From Candidatus Hydrogenedentota bacterium (GTDB lineage Bacteria > Hydrogenedentota > Hydrogenedentia > Hydrogenedentales > SLHB01): a stretch of DNA of 64,000 nucleotides. How positions within the stretch are numbered: position 1 is the stretch's first letter; every line of letters begins with the position of its first letter. The DNA is taken from contig BTVY01000024.1 in assembly GCA_045863335.1 (NCBI GenBank), positions 32,001 through 96,000 on the forward strand. Direction: 5' to 3'. This document shows, one piece after another, positions 39,909 through 49,805 of this stretch. A program made the position numbers and the translations under genes. The notes under the pieces are model-generated. The model was not told where the DNA came from and ran no database searches. It worked only from the letters and a program-made list of their open reading frames with translations.

Positions 39909-40301
39909 AGACCCTCGTCAACTCGCGCGCGTGGCGCGAAGGTATGGTTTCCGATTGATTTGAGACCGTCCGTCGGGCGGCACCTTGGCACTTGGCCCGA
40001 GCGAATCACCACCGGAACTAAGGCTACAAACCTTGGGGGGGCAGGTTCAACTTCGCCAACCACCACCGCTGGTGTCCGGCTATCACCATACCACAAGATG
40101 CGGCCCACTGACCAGCCCGACACCTAAGTAATTATCCTTTAATCACTTAGCCCGCGCGCTTCGTCCTCAAAGCTCCACCAGAGTTGCACCACGGAAATTC
40201 CTGGTGCATTCTTATGGCCCGAATCCCTGGATTGGTTGCGTCTGTGCGCTCTACTTCGGGATGCGGTACTACTGAAACAGATTCCGAATAGGGGGTCTCA
40301 T

Positions 40302-42464
40302 ATGCGCCGATTGCTGACTGTTGTTGCAGTTCTGGTTGTCGCGTTGGCCGGTTTCGTCGTATTCAGCCGTGCGGGCGGTCCGTCTCGCGCCGAGTATATC
40401 GCCGCAGCGCAACACTATGACGTGCGAATCCTCCGAGATTCGTGGGGAGTCCCCCATATTTTCGGCAAGACCGATGCGGACACTGCGTTCGGCCTGGCCT
40501 ATGCGCAGGCGGAAGACGACATGCCGACGGTGATCGCGTCGCTCATGCAGTCCCGCGGCACGCTGGCATCGGTGCAGGGCAAGGACGCGGCACCGGGGGA
40601 CTACATGGTGCATCTGCTGCGCGTGTGGCCGACGGTGGACGAGAAGTATGAGTCGGATCTCAGCCCCGAGATACGCGCGATCTGCGAAGCCTATGCGGAC
40701 GGCTTGAACCTTTACGCCGCGCTTCATCCCGATGAGGTCAATGGCAAGCTGCTTCCCTTCACGGGCAAGGATGTCGTGGCGGGCTTCGTGTTCAAGGGTC
40801 CGTTCTTTTTCGGTCTGGACAACACGATCATGGATCTCTTTGGCGACGAGCGAAAGCACCCCGTGTCGGAAAAGAACGAAGCGACGCACGCGATGTCTAT
40901 TCTCACGGAAGACCTCCCTATCGGTTCAAACACGTTTGCGGTCGGCCCCAGGCGGTCCGCCGACGGCAGCACGTTTCTAAACATCAATTCTCATCAACCG
41001 TGGGATGGTCCTGTCGCGTGGTACGAAGCGCACATGCACAGCGAGGAAGGCATGGACATCGTGGGCGGCGTGTTTCCCGGGGTGCCGATTATCCTTCACG
41101 GGCACAACCGCAACCTGGGTTGGGCGCACACGGTTAACAAACCGGATCTGGTCGATGTATACGTCCTCGAAATGAATCCAGACAACCCGAATCAGTACAA
41201 GTTTGATGGCGAGTGGCGCGATCTTGAAGTCGGCAGGGCGCCGATCAAGGTGAAGTTGTGGGGACCCTTCTCGTGGACGTTCAAGCGCGAGACCTTGTGG
41301 TCCGTACACGGGCCGGTGGTACGGCAAGATCACGGCGTCTACGCGATTCGGTACGCGGGCATGGGCGACGTGCGCACGGTCGAACAGTGGTATCGCATGG
41401 GCAAGGCGCAGAATATGGATGAGTGGATGGACGCGATGCGAATGCACGCGATTCCCTCGTTCAACTGCGGCTACGCGGACCGCGAAGGTAACATTGCGTA
41501 TGTGTACAACGCCAAGTTTCCGAAGCGCGCCGAAGGCTACAACTGGAAGCAGTATCTGCCTGGCGACACATCAGAGACGCTGTGGACGGAGTTTCTTCCG
41601 TTTGACGCAGTCCCGATGGTGGTCAATCCGGAGTCCGGGTTCGTGCTGAATTGCAATAGCACACCCTATATGACGACCAGCGGTTCAGCGAACCCCGTTC
41701 CTGAAGAAATTTCGCCAACGCTCGGCATTGAGACGCATATGACGAATCGCGGGCTTCGCGCCATGGAACTATTGAGCGCGGACGAGTCGATCACGGAAGA
41801 CGAGTTTTACGAATACAAATACGATATGGCCTATTCGAGCAAGTCGGAGATCGCGAAAGGTTGGCAGAAGGTGCTGGACGCGGAGGCGCCGGAAGATCCC
41901 GTTATCCGGGAGGCGTTGGACGTGTGGCGAACCTGGGACCTCGGCACGAATCCGGAAAACACGGCGGCGGCAATCTGTGTGCTGACCATCGGCCCGGGTT
42001 CGGACAACGATCCGCGCGTGACAAATCTCGAAGAGACATTCGCGCTGTTGAAGCGCAATGCGGAAGCATTGAAGGCGGCGCACGGACGCATCGACGTTCC
42101 CTGGAGCGAGGTCAACCGCATTCACCGGGGCGATGTGAATGTGGGCGTCGGCGGAGGTCCGGACATCCTCCACGCGGTCTATGGGTTCCGAGTGCGCAAC
42201 GGCGAACTGGAAGGGCTCGATGAAAACGGTGAAGTCTACGGCCGCGCAGGAGATTGCCTGGTATTGATCGCGGCGTGGGATAAGGACGGTAATCTGCATT
42301 CGCGCAGCATTCATCAGTATGGTTCCGCAACCAGCCGCCCGGATTCGCCCCACTACGCGAACCAGGTTCCGCTCTTCGTGAAACGCGAGACAAAGCCCGT
42401 GTGGATGGACGAGGAGGACATTCGCGCGAATCTGGAGCGCGAATACCGGCCGAGGAGAAACTGA
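40302..42464 (+). CDS. Penicillin acylase family Ntn hydrolase (S45)
   Basis: Signal anchor, ILRDSWGVPHI, FGLAYAQAED, IG-SNTFAV autoproteolytic Ser, NSHQPW, WYEAH. Confidence 0.93.
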   Translation: MRRLLTVVAVLVVALAGFVVFSRAGGPSRAEYIAAAQHYDVRILRDSWGVPHIFGKTDADTAFGLAYAQAEDDMPTVIASLMQSRGTLASVQGKDAAPGDYMVHLLRVWPTVDEKYESDLSPEIRAICEAYADGLNLYAALHPDEVNGKLLPFTGKDVVAGFVFKGPFFFGLDNTIMDLFGDERKHPVSEKNEATHAMSILTEDLPIGSNTFAVGPRRSADGSTFLNINSHQPWDGPVAWYEAHMHSEEGMDIVGGVFPGVPIILHGHNRNLGWAHTVNKPDLVDVYVLEMNPDNPNQYKFDGEWRDLEVGRAPIKVKLWGPFSWTFKRETLWSVHGPVVRQDHGVYAIRYAGMGDVRTVEQWYRMGKAQNMDEWMDAMRMHAIPSFNCGYADREGNIAYVYNAKFPKRAEGYNWKQYLPGDTSETLWTEFLPFDAVPMVVNPESGFVLNCNSTPYMTTSGSANPVPEEISPTLGIETHMTNRGLRAMELLSADESITEDEFYEYKYDMAYSSKSEIAKGWQKVLDAEAPEDPVIREALDVWRTWDLGTNPENTAAAICVLTIGPGSDNDPRVTNLEETFALLKRNAEALKAAHGRIDVPWSEVNRIHRGDVNVGVGGGPDILHAVYGFRVRNGELEGLDENGEVYGRAGDCLVLIAAWDKDGNLHSRSIHQYGSATSRPDSPHYANQVPLFVKRETKPVWMDEEDIRANLEREYRPRRN

Positions 42465-42535
42465 CAGGTGAGGCAAATCGCCGTGAAGACGTGATAGAAT
42501 TACAGGTAGTCAACGTGCTTTAGGAGACCGTTTTC

Positions 42536-42751
42536 ATGTTTGACCGGATTACATTCGACGAGGGCATCATGGGCGGGCGGGCGTGTATTCGGGGAATGCG
42601 AATTCCAGTATCGCTCATCCTAAATCTCGTCGCCAATGGCATGCCTAACGAAGCTATTCTGGAAGAATATCCCGATCTGGAGCATGAAGATATTCGGCAG
42701 TGCCTCAAATACGCAGCTTTCTTGAGCCGTGAAGAAATCATTCACGTGTAA
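42536..42751 (+). CDS. DUF433 antitoxin (VapB45-like)
   Basis: RITFDEGIMGGRACIRGMRIPV...ILEEYPDLEHEDIRQCLKYAA. Confidence 0.92.
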   Translation: MFDRITFDEGIMGGRACIRGMRIPVSLILNLVANGMPNEAILEEYPDLEHEDIRQCLKYAAFLSREEIIHV

Positions 42752-42763
42752 AGGCTCGATACG

Positions 42764-43156
42764 TTGCGATTCCTTGCAGACATGGGCGTATCGTCAAGTA
42801 CCGTCCAACGGCTAAGGGCCGAAGGACACGATGCCGTACATCTTCGCGAAGAAGGGCTGCACCGATCGTCCGACTCTGCGATCTTCGAGAAAGCGCGGAT
42901 AGAGAAACGCATCGTTCTGACATTTGACCTCGATTTCGGCGATTTGCTCGCAACCGGCCGCCATGCTTTTCCAAGTGTCGTTATATTTCGAGTTCAAGAT
43001 CAGACGCCCGCATCCATAATCCCAAAACTACTCGAAATCATCCAATCACGCCACCAGCAATTGGAAACCGGCGCGATAGTCATCGTAGAAGATTCGCGGC
43101 ATCGCATCAGAAGGCTGCCGCTTCGTACAACGGAGGAAGCCCAAGAGACCGATTGA
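42764..43156 (+). CDS. DUF5615 PIN-like toxin (VapC45-like)
   Basis: MRFLADMGVS, GHDAVH, D..IFEKA, RIVLTFDLDFG. TTG start. Confidence 0.9.
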   Translation: MRFLADMGVSSSTVQRLRAEGHDAVHLREEGLHRSSDSAIFEKARIEKRIVLTFDLDFGDLLATGRHAFPSVVIFRVQDQTPASIIPKLLEIIQSRHQQLETGAIVIVEDSRHRIRRLPLRTTEEAQETD

Positions 43157-43223
43157 TCCTTGTGGGATCACTTTGGATTGCGCATCAACAGACACAACCC
43201 TGGCTTTGGCTGAGTACGGTTTC

Positions 43224-44276
43224 CTAAATCCAGCCGTACTGTTTCTCGATGGTTTCGTGGGGCCTGTAGGCGCGTGCGACTTCGGCAATCGGCGGCCCTA
43301 AGACGTCGATGCGGTCGCTTTCCATCTCCCCCATGCCGGCTTGCGCGCAGAATACCATGTAGCCGATCTTGTGCGGGTCGAATCCCATTAACTGTGCGGC
43401 CACGCAGTCCGCGGCGACCCAGTCGGTGCTGGCCACGGCGACGCGGTGATCGACCGGCGTGCCGCTGACGGGGCCATTGCCTTCCATGCCCTGAAATCCA
43501 TCGAGGACGGTCAAGTGCGGCCGCAACCGCTGCGTCAGTTGGAACAGGTTGTAGTGGATGCCCTGGTTCTCCGGCCCACCATGGACGAGGGGCTTGTCGG
43601 TAGTGCCTTTGCGGCCGGGGCCCCAGCCCGCGCCTTTGTCCTTGAGGATACCGCCAACAGTCAGGTTCTTGATGCCGAGCGTGACAACCGCGCGGTCGTG
43701 CGTCTTGAATGGCGCGGTGCTGATAACATACGCGTCGGGATCCATCAGGTACGACGAGTACCGCACCGGCACGGCATGATGCCGTTCGTTGATGAGGTAG
43801 ACCTTCTCCCAGGGCAGGTCGTCGATGTCGAGGAACTGTACGCCGTACGTCTGCTCCAAAGCGGGGTACCCGTAGTTTTGATACCCCTCGGTTGTGGGCC
43901 CATTCGCAGAGGTCTCGGCGACCGCAATCTCCATGTCCGTAACGGACCGCAGAAAGTCGAGCATTCCTTCGAGGCAATCCGCGTGCGTCGCGCACAACTG
44001 GTTCTCGGTGTTCACGAGATTGGGTTTGATAATGATGCGCTTCTTCGTCGCGAGCCCCGCGCGAATTTGCGGCTCAATGCGTTTCAACGCTTCCAGCACA
44101 TTTCCCGCGCGGGAATCGCTTTGGCAAAGGGCGACCGGACTGCGTGTCACGGCGGACGCGTCCGCCGGTATTTGCGCGTGAGCCATCCAAAAGGCGCCGG
44201 CGATACCGCCTGCCGCGGTTGCCAGAAAATTCCGGCGGCTGACTCCCCCGTTCCGTGTGGTCGTGTACGTCTTCAT
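43224..44276 (-). CDS. Tat-exported DUF362 family protein
   Basis: SRRNFL, IIKPNLV, FKTHD, TLGIKN, LDGFQGMEGNGP, DWVAAD. Confidence 0.88.
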   Translation of the reverse strand: MKTYTTTRNGGVSRRNFLATAAGGIAGAFWMAHAQIPADASAVTRSPVALCQSDSRAGNVLEALKRIEPQIRAGLATKKRIIIKPNLVNTENQLCATHADCLEGMLDFLRSVTDMEIAVAETSANGPTTEGYQNYGYPALEQTYGVQFLDIDDLPWEKVYLINERHHAVPVRYSSYLMDPDAYVISTAPFKTHDRAVVTLGIKNLTVGGILKDKGAGWGPGRKGTTDKPLVHGGPENQGIHYNLFQLTQRLRPHLTVLDGFQGMEGNGPVSGTPVDHRVAVASTDWVAADCVAAQLMGFDPHKIGYMVFCAQAGMGEMESDRIDVLGPPIAEVARAYRPHETIEKQYGWI

Positions 44277-44449
44277 CCCCCGTGTCCTTTCCCCCATCGG
44301 ACCGAAGCGCCGTTGCGGAGCTTCCGCCATCAATCATAACACACTCTTGCAAGCACCATTATCGTCCCGGTGATGGCCCGTGGTTTCGGTCCGGAGGAAG
44401 TGGTACAGTCAGTCAAGTCGACAACGGGGGAACAACCGAAGGGATTTCT

Positions 44450-46456
44450 ATGCACTGCCAATCCATGATTGCCTCAACCTTGTTTGCGCTCGGCGCCTTC
44501 GCGGCGTTCGCACAAGAGACTGTATCTGTTGGCGAGACTGTCGGCCCGGACCGTGTCGAGCGTCTGTTTGAAGCGCTTGACTTGGAACTACCTCCACTCG
44601 CGCCAATCCGCCAGCATGTTCAGGACAAGGACTGGAATAAGGCGTGCGACGCGTTGCTGGAACATTACCGGCAAGCAGGCAATCCCGCATTTCCGCAGGC
44701 CGCCGAACGTCCCGCGCGCAGCGATGCCGCAATCGCAATCGCTGACGCGGCGTTGAACGATACGTTTACGTTCTACGACCAGACGGCCACCGTGCCGCGT
44801 CGTCCGGATGGCGGTCTGCAGTGGGACTTTACAGGCCCGGAAAACGACAACGAATGGGCATGGGCCCTCAACCGGCATTTCCATTTGGATTCGCTGCTCA
44901 ACGCGTATCGCATGACCGGCGATGCGAAGTACGCGGCCGCATGGGACGCGCAGGTTCGCGATTGGATTCTGCACAACCCGTTTGCCAAGCCTAATGAGAA
45001 CCCGCTCGTGTGGCGTGGGCTCGAAACCTTCTTTCGTGTCCGGGCATGGGCTAGAGGGTTCTATACGCTGCAGGACGAGCCGGCATTCACGGATGAGACG
45101 CGCATCTTGCTACTTTCCAGCATCCCCGATCATGCTCGGTATCTGCGCGAATATCACAAGGACCGCGGCAACTGGGTCGCCATGGAAATGAATGGCCTTG
45201 CCACGGCAGGGGTCGCGTGGCCGGAGTTCCGCGATGCGCGGGCCTGGGTGGACTACAGTACCGATCGCATGACGCAAGAACTGACAGCGCAGGTCTATCC
45301 TGACGGTGCGCAGATGGAACTGACGGCATCTTATCATCGCGTCACGTTGGTAAACTTTCAGTCGATGGTCGACCTGTTGCAGGACACGCAGTACGAGTTG
45401 CCTGCGGCGTTCTCCGAAACGATCGAAAACATGTGGAACTATCTCGCATATACGCTACGGCCCAACGGTTATTCGCCGCTGAACAATGACTCGGACCTCG
45501 ACTACAACGGCCCGAGCCTGGTGCAGAAAGGCTCGTCCCTCGATCGGCCCGATTGGGCGTACGTCGCAACCAATGGCGCGGAAGGGTCGGCACCGGATGG
45601 CTTGCCGTCCCGCGTATTCCCTTGGGCCGGGCAACTGGTCATGCGCAGTGGTTGGGACCGCGATGCGCATTGGGCCTTCTTCGATGCTGGTCCCATGGGC
45701 ATCGGCCACCGCCATGCGGACAAGCTGCATCTGTCCGTGTCGGCCTATGGGCGCGACATTCTGGTCGACGGCGGACGCTACACCTATGTGGGCGGCACAT
45801 GGCGCAATTACTTCACTGGGTCGGCGAGCCACAATGTGATTCTGATCGACGGTCAGGGACAGCGGAATCATCCGTTTGCGACGGATGCGCCGATGGAGGA
45901 TCAATTCGTAACCACGCCGGAGTACGATCTGGGCTATGGCATATTCGAGAGCGGGTTCGGGGATGTGGAAGGCGAAGTGAAGCACGAGCGTCTCGTCTAT
46001 TACAAACGCGCAGGCTACTGGATCGTCGTGGACCGCATCACCACCGACCGTCCGCGACGCGTGAGCGCGCTCTGGCACTACCATCCCGATTGCACCGTTG
46101 CCATCGAAGGGCAGAGCGCGGTAAGCACCGACGCTGATGCGGGCAACGTCCGCATCGTGCCGTCGAGCGGATCACAATGGGATGTGTCACTCGTGGCCGG
46201 ACGGGAGGAACCGGAAATCCAGGGCTGGTGGAGCCGGGAGTACAACCACAAGACGCCCTCCCCCGCTGTTGTCTATGACCGCAGCATCAACGGGACGGAG
46301 ACGTTCGCGTGGCTTATCCTCCCGGCGAAGGGCGTGCCGTCGGAGGCGACGTTCGAGGCGGTTGCGAACGGTGATACGATCCAATGCACGACCGCGTTCG
46401 GCGAAACGAGCGGCACCGTGCAACTTGCCATCGCCGAACGGCCGAGGGCGCAATGA
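44450..46456 (+). CDS. Heparinase II/III-like polysaccharide lyase
   Basis: Signal peptide, WALNRH, GNW, DGAQMELTASYH, MRSGW, GHRHADKL, LVDGGRYTY, HNVILIDG. Confidence 0.9.
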   Translation: MHCQSMIASTLFALGAFAAFAQETVSVGETVGPDRVERLFEALDLELPPLAPIRQHVQDKDWNKACDALLEHYRQAGNPAFPQAAERPARSDAAIAIADAALNDTFTFYDQTATVPRRPDGGLQWDFTGPENDNEWAWALNRHFHLDSLLNAYRMTGDAKYAAAWDAQVRDWILHNPFAKPNENPLVWRGLETFFRVRAWARGFYTLQDEPAFTDETRILLLSSIPDHARYLREYHKDRGNWVAMEMNGLATAGVAWPEFRDARAWVDYSTDRMTQELTAQVYPDGAQMELTASYHRVTLVNFQSMVDLLQDTQYELPAAFSETIENMWNYLAYTLRPNGYSPLNNDSDLDYNGPSLVQKGSSLDRPDWAYVATNGAEGSAPDGLPSRVFPWAGQLVMRSGWDRDAHWAFFDAGPMGIGHRHADKLHLSVSAYGRDILVDGGRYTYVGGTWRNYFTGSASHNVILIDGQGQRNHPFATDAPMEDQFVTTPEYDLGYGIFESGFGDVEGEVKHERLVYYKRAGYWIVVDRITTDRPRRVSALWHYHPDCTVAIEGQSAVSTDADAGNVRIVPSSGSQWDVSLVAGREEPEIQGWWSREYNHKTPSPAVVYDRSINGTETFAWLILPAKGVPSEATFEAVANGDTIQCTTAFGETSGTVQLAIAERPRAQ

Positions 46457-47046
46457 TCCTTCTGCGCAAACGCTCCCGATTGCTGAAGGGAACCGCGGTT
46501 CTGTTTTGCCTCACCCTCGTCATGTGGCTTGTGATCTGGATCTGGTTTCCATCGTTGCCCCAGTATGCGATGCTTTCACTTCTCGGAGCCCTGGTGGGAG
46601 CAGACACGCAATACGCACCCGATTTCCACCCTCTGGAGTGGGACCGGATTAGAGTAGGTGATTCGGAAGAGGCGTTGTACACCCGGTTTGGCAAACCGCT
46701 CCTCGAGTCGGACCCTCGAACCGTCTACGACTGGTCTTATGATGAACTTGAGATGACGATCACATTGGACGACAGCGCCCCCGGCGGAGGCAAGGTCATC
46801 AGCAACTCATACGACGAAATGATGAACGCCGGAATCGACAAGAGATTCTGGGGGATGACAGGAGAAGAACTTGTGGGCCAACTGGGCGAACCGACATCAA
46901 TCGAAAAGCGACCGCAGACGCTGGGTCTGTGGTACAGCACACCGCAAGGCGGGCTCGGAGGCGGACACTACGTTATGTTCAGAATTGGTGTAGATACGTC
47001 GACAGAAAGTGTGATCTGGAAATACCTGGATTTCTATTGGGACTAG
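46453..47046 (+). CDS. Membrane-anchored protein with two BamE/SmpA-like half repeats
   Basis: TM, then IRVGDSEEALYTRFGKP..WSY and GMTGEELVGQLGEP..LWYS. ATGA overlap with the lyase gene. Confidence 0.6.
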   Translation: MILLRKRSRLLKGTAVLFCLTLVMWLVIWIWFPSLPQYAMLSLLGALVGADTQYAPDFHPLEWDRIRVGDSEEALYTRFGKPLLESDPRTVYDWSYDELEMTITLDDSAPGGGKVISNSYDEMMNAGIDKRFWGMTGEELVGQLGEPTSIEKRPQTLGLWYSTPQGGLGGGHYVMFRIGVDTSTESVIWKYLDFYWD

Positions 47047-48603
47047 CCGTCGAATCGTGGCGTTGTGGTCGGGGAGACGGCGTTGATCGCGGTCTTCGGA
47101 AGCCGATTCGCAGAGGCCGCTCCGGCGAGCTTATTGTCTGAATTGGGGCGGGTGGCCCTGGCGGGAACGGCGGGCAACGCGACGACTGCCGCATCGGTTG
47201 CCGGCGTTACCGGAGGAATTCTTGTGATGAAGAACACGGTTATTGGAGCTGCTGTGCTTGCTTCGGTTCTACTCGCAGCTTGGTACCTTGCCAGCGGAAC
47301 GCGCACTGCCCCGCAACCCGCGGAGGATAGCGGTCCAGCGCCAACGGCTTCTGCGCCGGAAGTTCGACAACGGGCTACACTGGACACAACAGAATTGGCG
47401 GGCGCAATGGAAACCGCGCTTGGCAATGTGCGACCCGAGCGAGAGTCGATCGATGCGCCTTCGGAAGGCGCAGTCGTGGAGGGCGTCGTGCGCGATCAAC
47501 AAGGCGCTCCCGTTGCGGACGCAAGCATCCACATCGCGGACAACCCGACGCAGGACAACGTCCTCGACAAGCCCGCAGTCACGCACACTGATAGTGGCGG
47601 CCAATTTCGCATTGCCCATGTAAATCCGGAAGTCCACATGGTCTTAGCGGATCACCCTGCCTATGCACCCGGGTGGACCGGCATCAAGCCGGAAGCCGAT
47701 ACGACCGCGCAGGTCGAGATCCTGCTGACGCGCGGCGGGGCCATCGAAGGCGTTGTCACTTCCGGCGGGATTCCACAGGCGGACGCTTTTGTCAGCGCGT
47801 GGCTCGATGCATCCGGGCACTCCGACCAAACCGACGCGGAAGGCAGATACACGCTGCCGCGTGTGCCGACCGGCGAATGGGTCATCAACCTCATTCTCAA
47901 GGGGGAGGATGGTGTGCAGCGCGAGGTGAAGGGTTCCGTCGTCGTGGAGGATGATACGATTACGCCTCTCGATTTCCATCTGCAACCCGCCGTCACCGAT
48001 CTTTCGGGAACGGTGCGTCTTCGCGGTGAAACAGTCCAGGGCGGTTACGTGACCCTGCTCATCGGAAGCGAACAAGGCTTTCGGGAGCAACGAAGGGAAT
48101 CGTTGGACGACTCGGGGACGTATACGTTTGAGCGCGTGCCGGCGGGACCCGCGGAGCTTTCTGTTACGGCGATCCCGCAGGGCCATGCGCCGTATTTTCG
48201 GCGTCGCAGCTTCGACATTCGGCCCGGCGTGTCGAACGTCTACGACGTAGACATCTGGCCCGGAACGGGCGTCATTTCAGGGTCCGTTCAGTTAGAGAAT
48301 CCGAGGGAAAACGGTGCGATTCTGCTGCTGGATGGTGAGTTCGATCCGGCGGAGTTCTCGCGCAGTACGCTTCTTTACATCGACTTTGAGAAGGTCGGTA
48401 TTTCGCAGAAACCGATGGAGCCCTATCGGTTCGATGAACTCGAGGCCGGAACCTATACATTGCTCGCTCTCATTTATTCGGACGAGACTGCCATGTCGAA
48501 TACGGTCGATCCCCTGGCCACGGCGCTGATCGACATTCAGACCATCGAACTGGCGGATGGCGCGGAAGTGGAAGTTGACTTGGTGCCGGCTGCGGTGCGT
48601 TAG
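47047..48603 (+). CDS. 5'-truncated paralog of the ECF-sigma/carboxypeptidase-regulatory fusion; likely translated from ATG 47227
   Basis: NRGVVV...SRFAEAAPASLLSELGRVALAG aligns with RKGVAV...TRLAEAAVLPVSLTEKLGRIALSG of 26555-29632. Sigma domains are absent; GGAGGA at 47212. Confidence 0.8.
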   Translation, partial: PSNRGVVVGETALIAVFGSRFAEAAPASLLSELGRVALAGTAGNATTAASVAGVTGGILVMKNTVIGAAVLASVLLAAWYLASGTRTAPQPAEDSGPAPTASAPEVRQRATLDTTELAGAMETALGNVRPERESIDAPSEGAVVEGVVRDQQGAPVADASIHIADNPTQDNVLDKPAVTHTDSGGQFRIAHVNPEVHMVLADHPAYAPGWTGIKPEADTTAQVEILLTRGGAIEGVVTSGGIPQADAFVSAWLDASGHSDQTDAEGRYTLPRVPTGEWVINLILKGEDGVQREVKGSVVVEDDTITPLDFHLQPAVTDLSGTVRLRGETVQGGYVTLLIGSEQGFREQRRESLDDSGTYTFERVPAGPAELSVTAIPQGHAPYFRRRSFDIRPGVSNVYDVDIWPGTGVISGSVQLENPRENGAILLLDGEFDPAEFSRSTLLYIDFEKVGISQKPMEPYRFDELEAGTYTLLALIYSDETAMSNTVDPLATALIDIQTIELADGAEVEVDLVPAAVR

Positions 48604-48666
48604 TGTAACGAGTTTGAATTTCGTGTAATTTCTTAGCCGTTTGATAGAGCGTTCTTCACCCCTCAC

Positions 48667-48788
48667 CGTCACCCCCGCGCAGGCGGGGGTCCATCTTTGT
48701 TGGCGGTGTACGTGAGACGCGGCTGCGGGCCGGTTGTGCGTCGTGCTTGGTTAACTGAAGATGGGTCCCCGCCTGCGCGGGGATGACG
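48667..48788. repeat. REPIN-like inverted pair
   Basis: CGTCACCCCCGCGCAGGCGGGGGTCCATCTT ... AAGATGGGTCCCCGCCTGCGCGGGGATGACG. Confidence 0.85.
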
Positions 48789-48908
48789 TTGCGGGGAGAT
48801 TACGCAGGTCTCGGCGTGCTAATTCCTCGACGCGCTACCTCCTTGTAGTTCGCTGGCCTTGGGGCTATGATACGCGTTCAATCAATCTTCAATCCGAGGA
48901 CTAAAACC

Positions 48909-49700
48909 ATGCCCGAGCGACATCCTCACGGCCAGATTACTGTCGAAGTGCGCGATCATATTCTGCTCATGGGCATCGACCGCGCGGAGAAGCGCAACGG
49001 CTTTACGCCCAAGATGGTTCATGAACTGACGGACGCCTACAACCGGCTCGAAAACGAAGACGATCTCTGGTGCGGCGTGCTCTTCGCCCACGGCGATCAC
49101 TTCACGGGTGGACTCGACCTGCCCATGTTCGCCGAGAGCTTCGCGAAGAACGAGAACTTCTTCACCGGCAAAGGTGTCGACATTCTGGGACTCGAGAAGA
49201 AGTGCAGCAAGCCGCTGGTTTGCGCGGTGCAGGGCATCACCTACACGATCGGGATCGAACTGATGCTTGCGTGCGACATCGTCGTGGCGGCGAAGGATTG
49301 CCGCTTCTCCCAACTCGAACCCAAGCGCGGAATCATGGCGGTCGGCGGCGCGACCATGCGCTTTGTTCAACGCTGCGGTTGGGGAAACGCCATGTACCAC
49401 CTGCTCACGGCCGACGAGTTCAACGCGGACGAGGCGTATCGCATCGGACTCGTGCAGGAAGTTGTCGAACCCGGCGCGCAGGTCGAACGCGCCATTAAAC
49501 TCGCGGAAACCATCAATACGTGTGCGCCGCTCGCCGTGCGCGCTACGATTGCATCGTCCCGCCTCTACCTCGACGAGGGCGAACGCGCCGCGTACGAACA
49601 ATTCGGCCCCACCCAGGCGCGGCTCGGACAATCCGAGGATTTCCAGGAAGGCATCCAATCTTTTGTGGAGCGGCGCAAAGCGGAATTCAGAGGTCGCTAA
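48909..49700 (+). CDS. Enoyl-CoA hydratase/crotonase family protein
   Basis: DRAEKRN, HFTGGLDL, KPLVCAVQG, GIELMLACDI, EPKRGI, SEDFQEGIQSFVERR. Confidence 0.92.
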   Translation: MPERHPHGQITVEVRDHILLMGIDRAEKRNGFTPKMVHELTDAYNRLENEDDLWCGVLFAHGDHFTGGLDLPMFAESFAKNENFFTGKGVDILGLEKKCSKPLVCAVQGITYTIGIELMLACDIVVAAKDCRFSQLEPKRGIMAVGGATMRFVQRCGWGNAMYHLLTADEFNADEAYRIGLVQEVVEPGAQVERAIKLAETINTCAPLAVRATIASSRLYLDEGERAAYEQFGPTQARLGQSEDFQEGIQSFVERRKAEFRGR

Positions 49701-49805
49701 CCCGAACTTCCTCTCGCGTTCGCGCCAAGAACAGCGCGAGCGCGGGAACCATACTGAGTTCCCGCGCCCGCGAAACACCAACCAGGAGAGCGTTGGTGGG
49801 TTAGG

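Noticed and set aside
40030-40075. tRNA-like GGTTCAA segment
   Set aside because: No cloverleaf or acceptor stem can be built.
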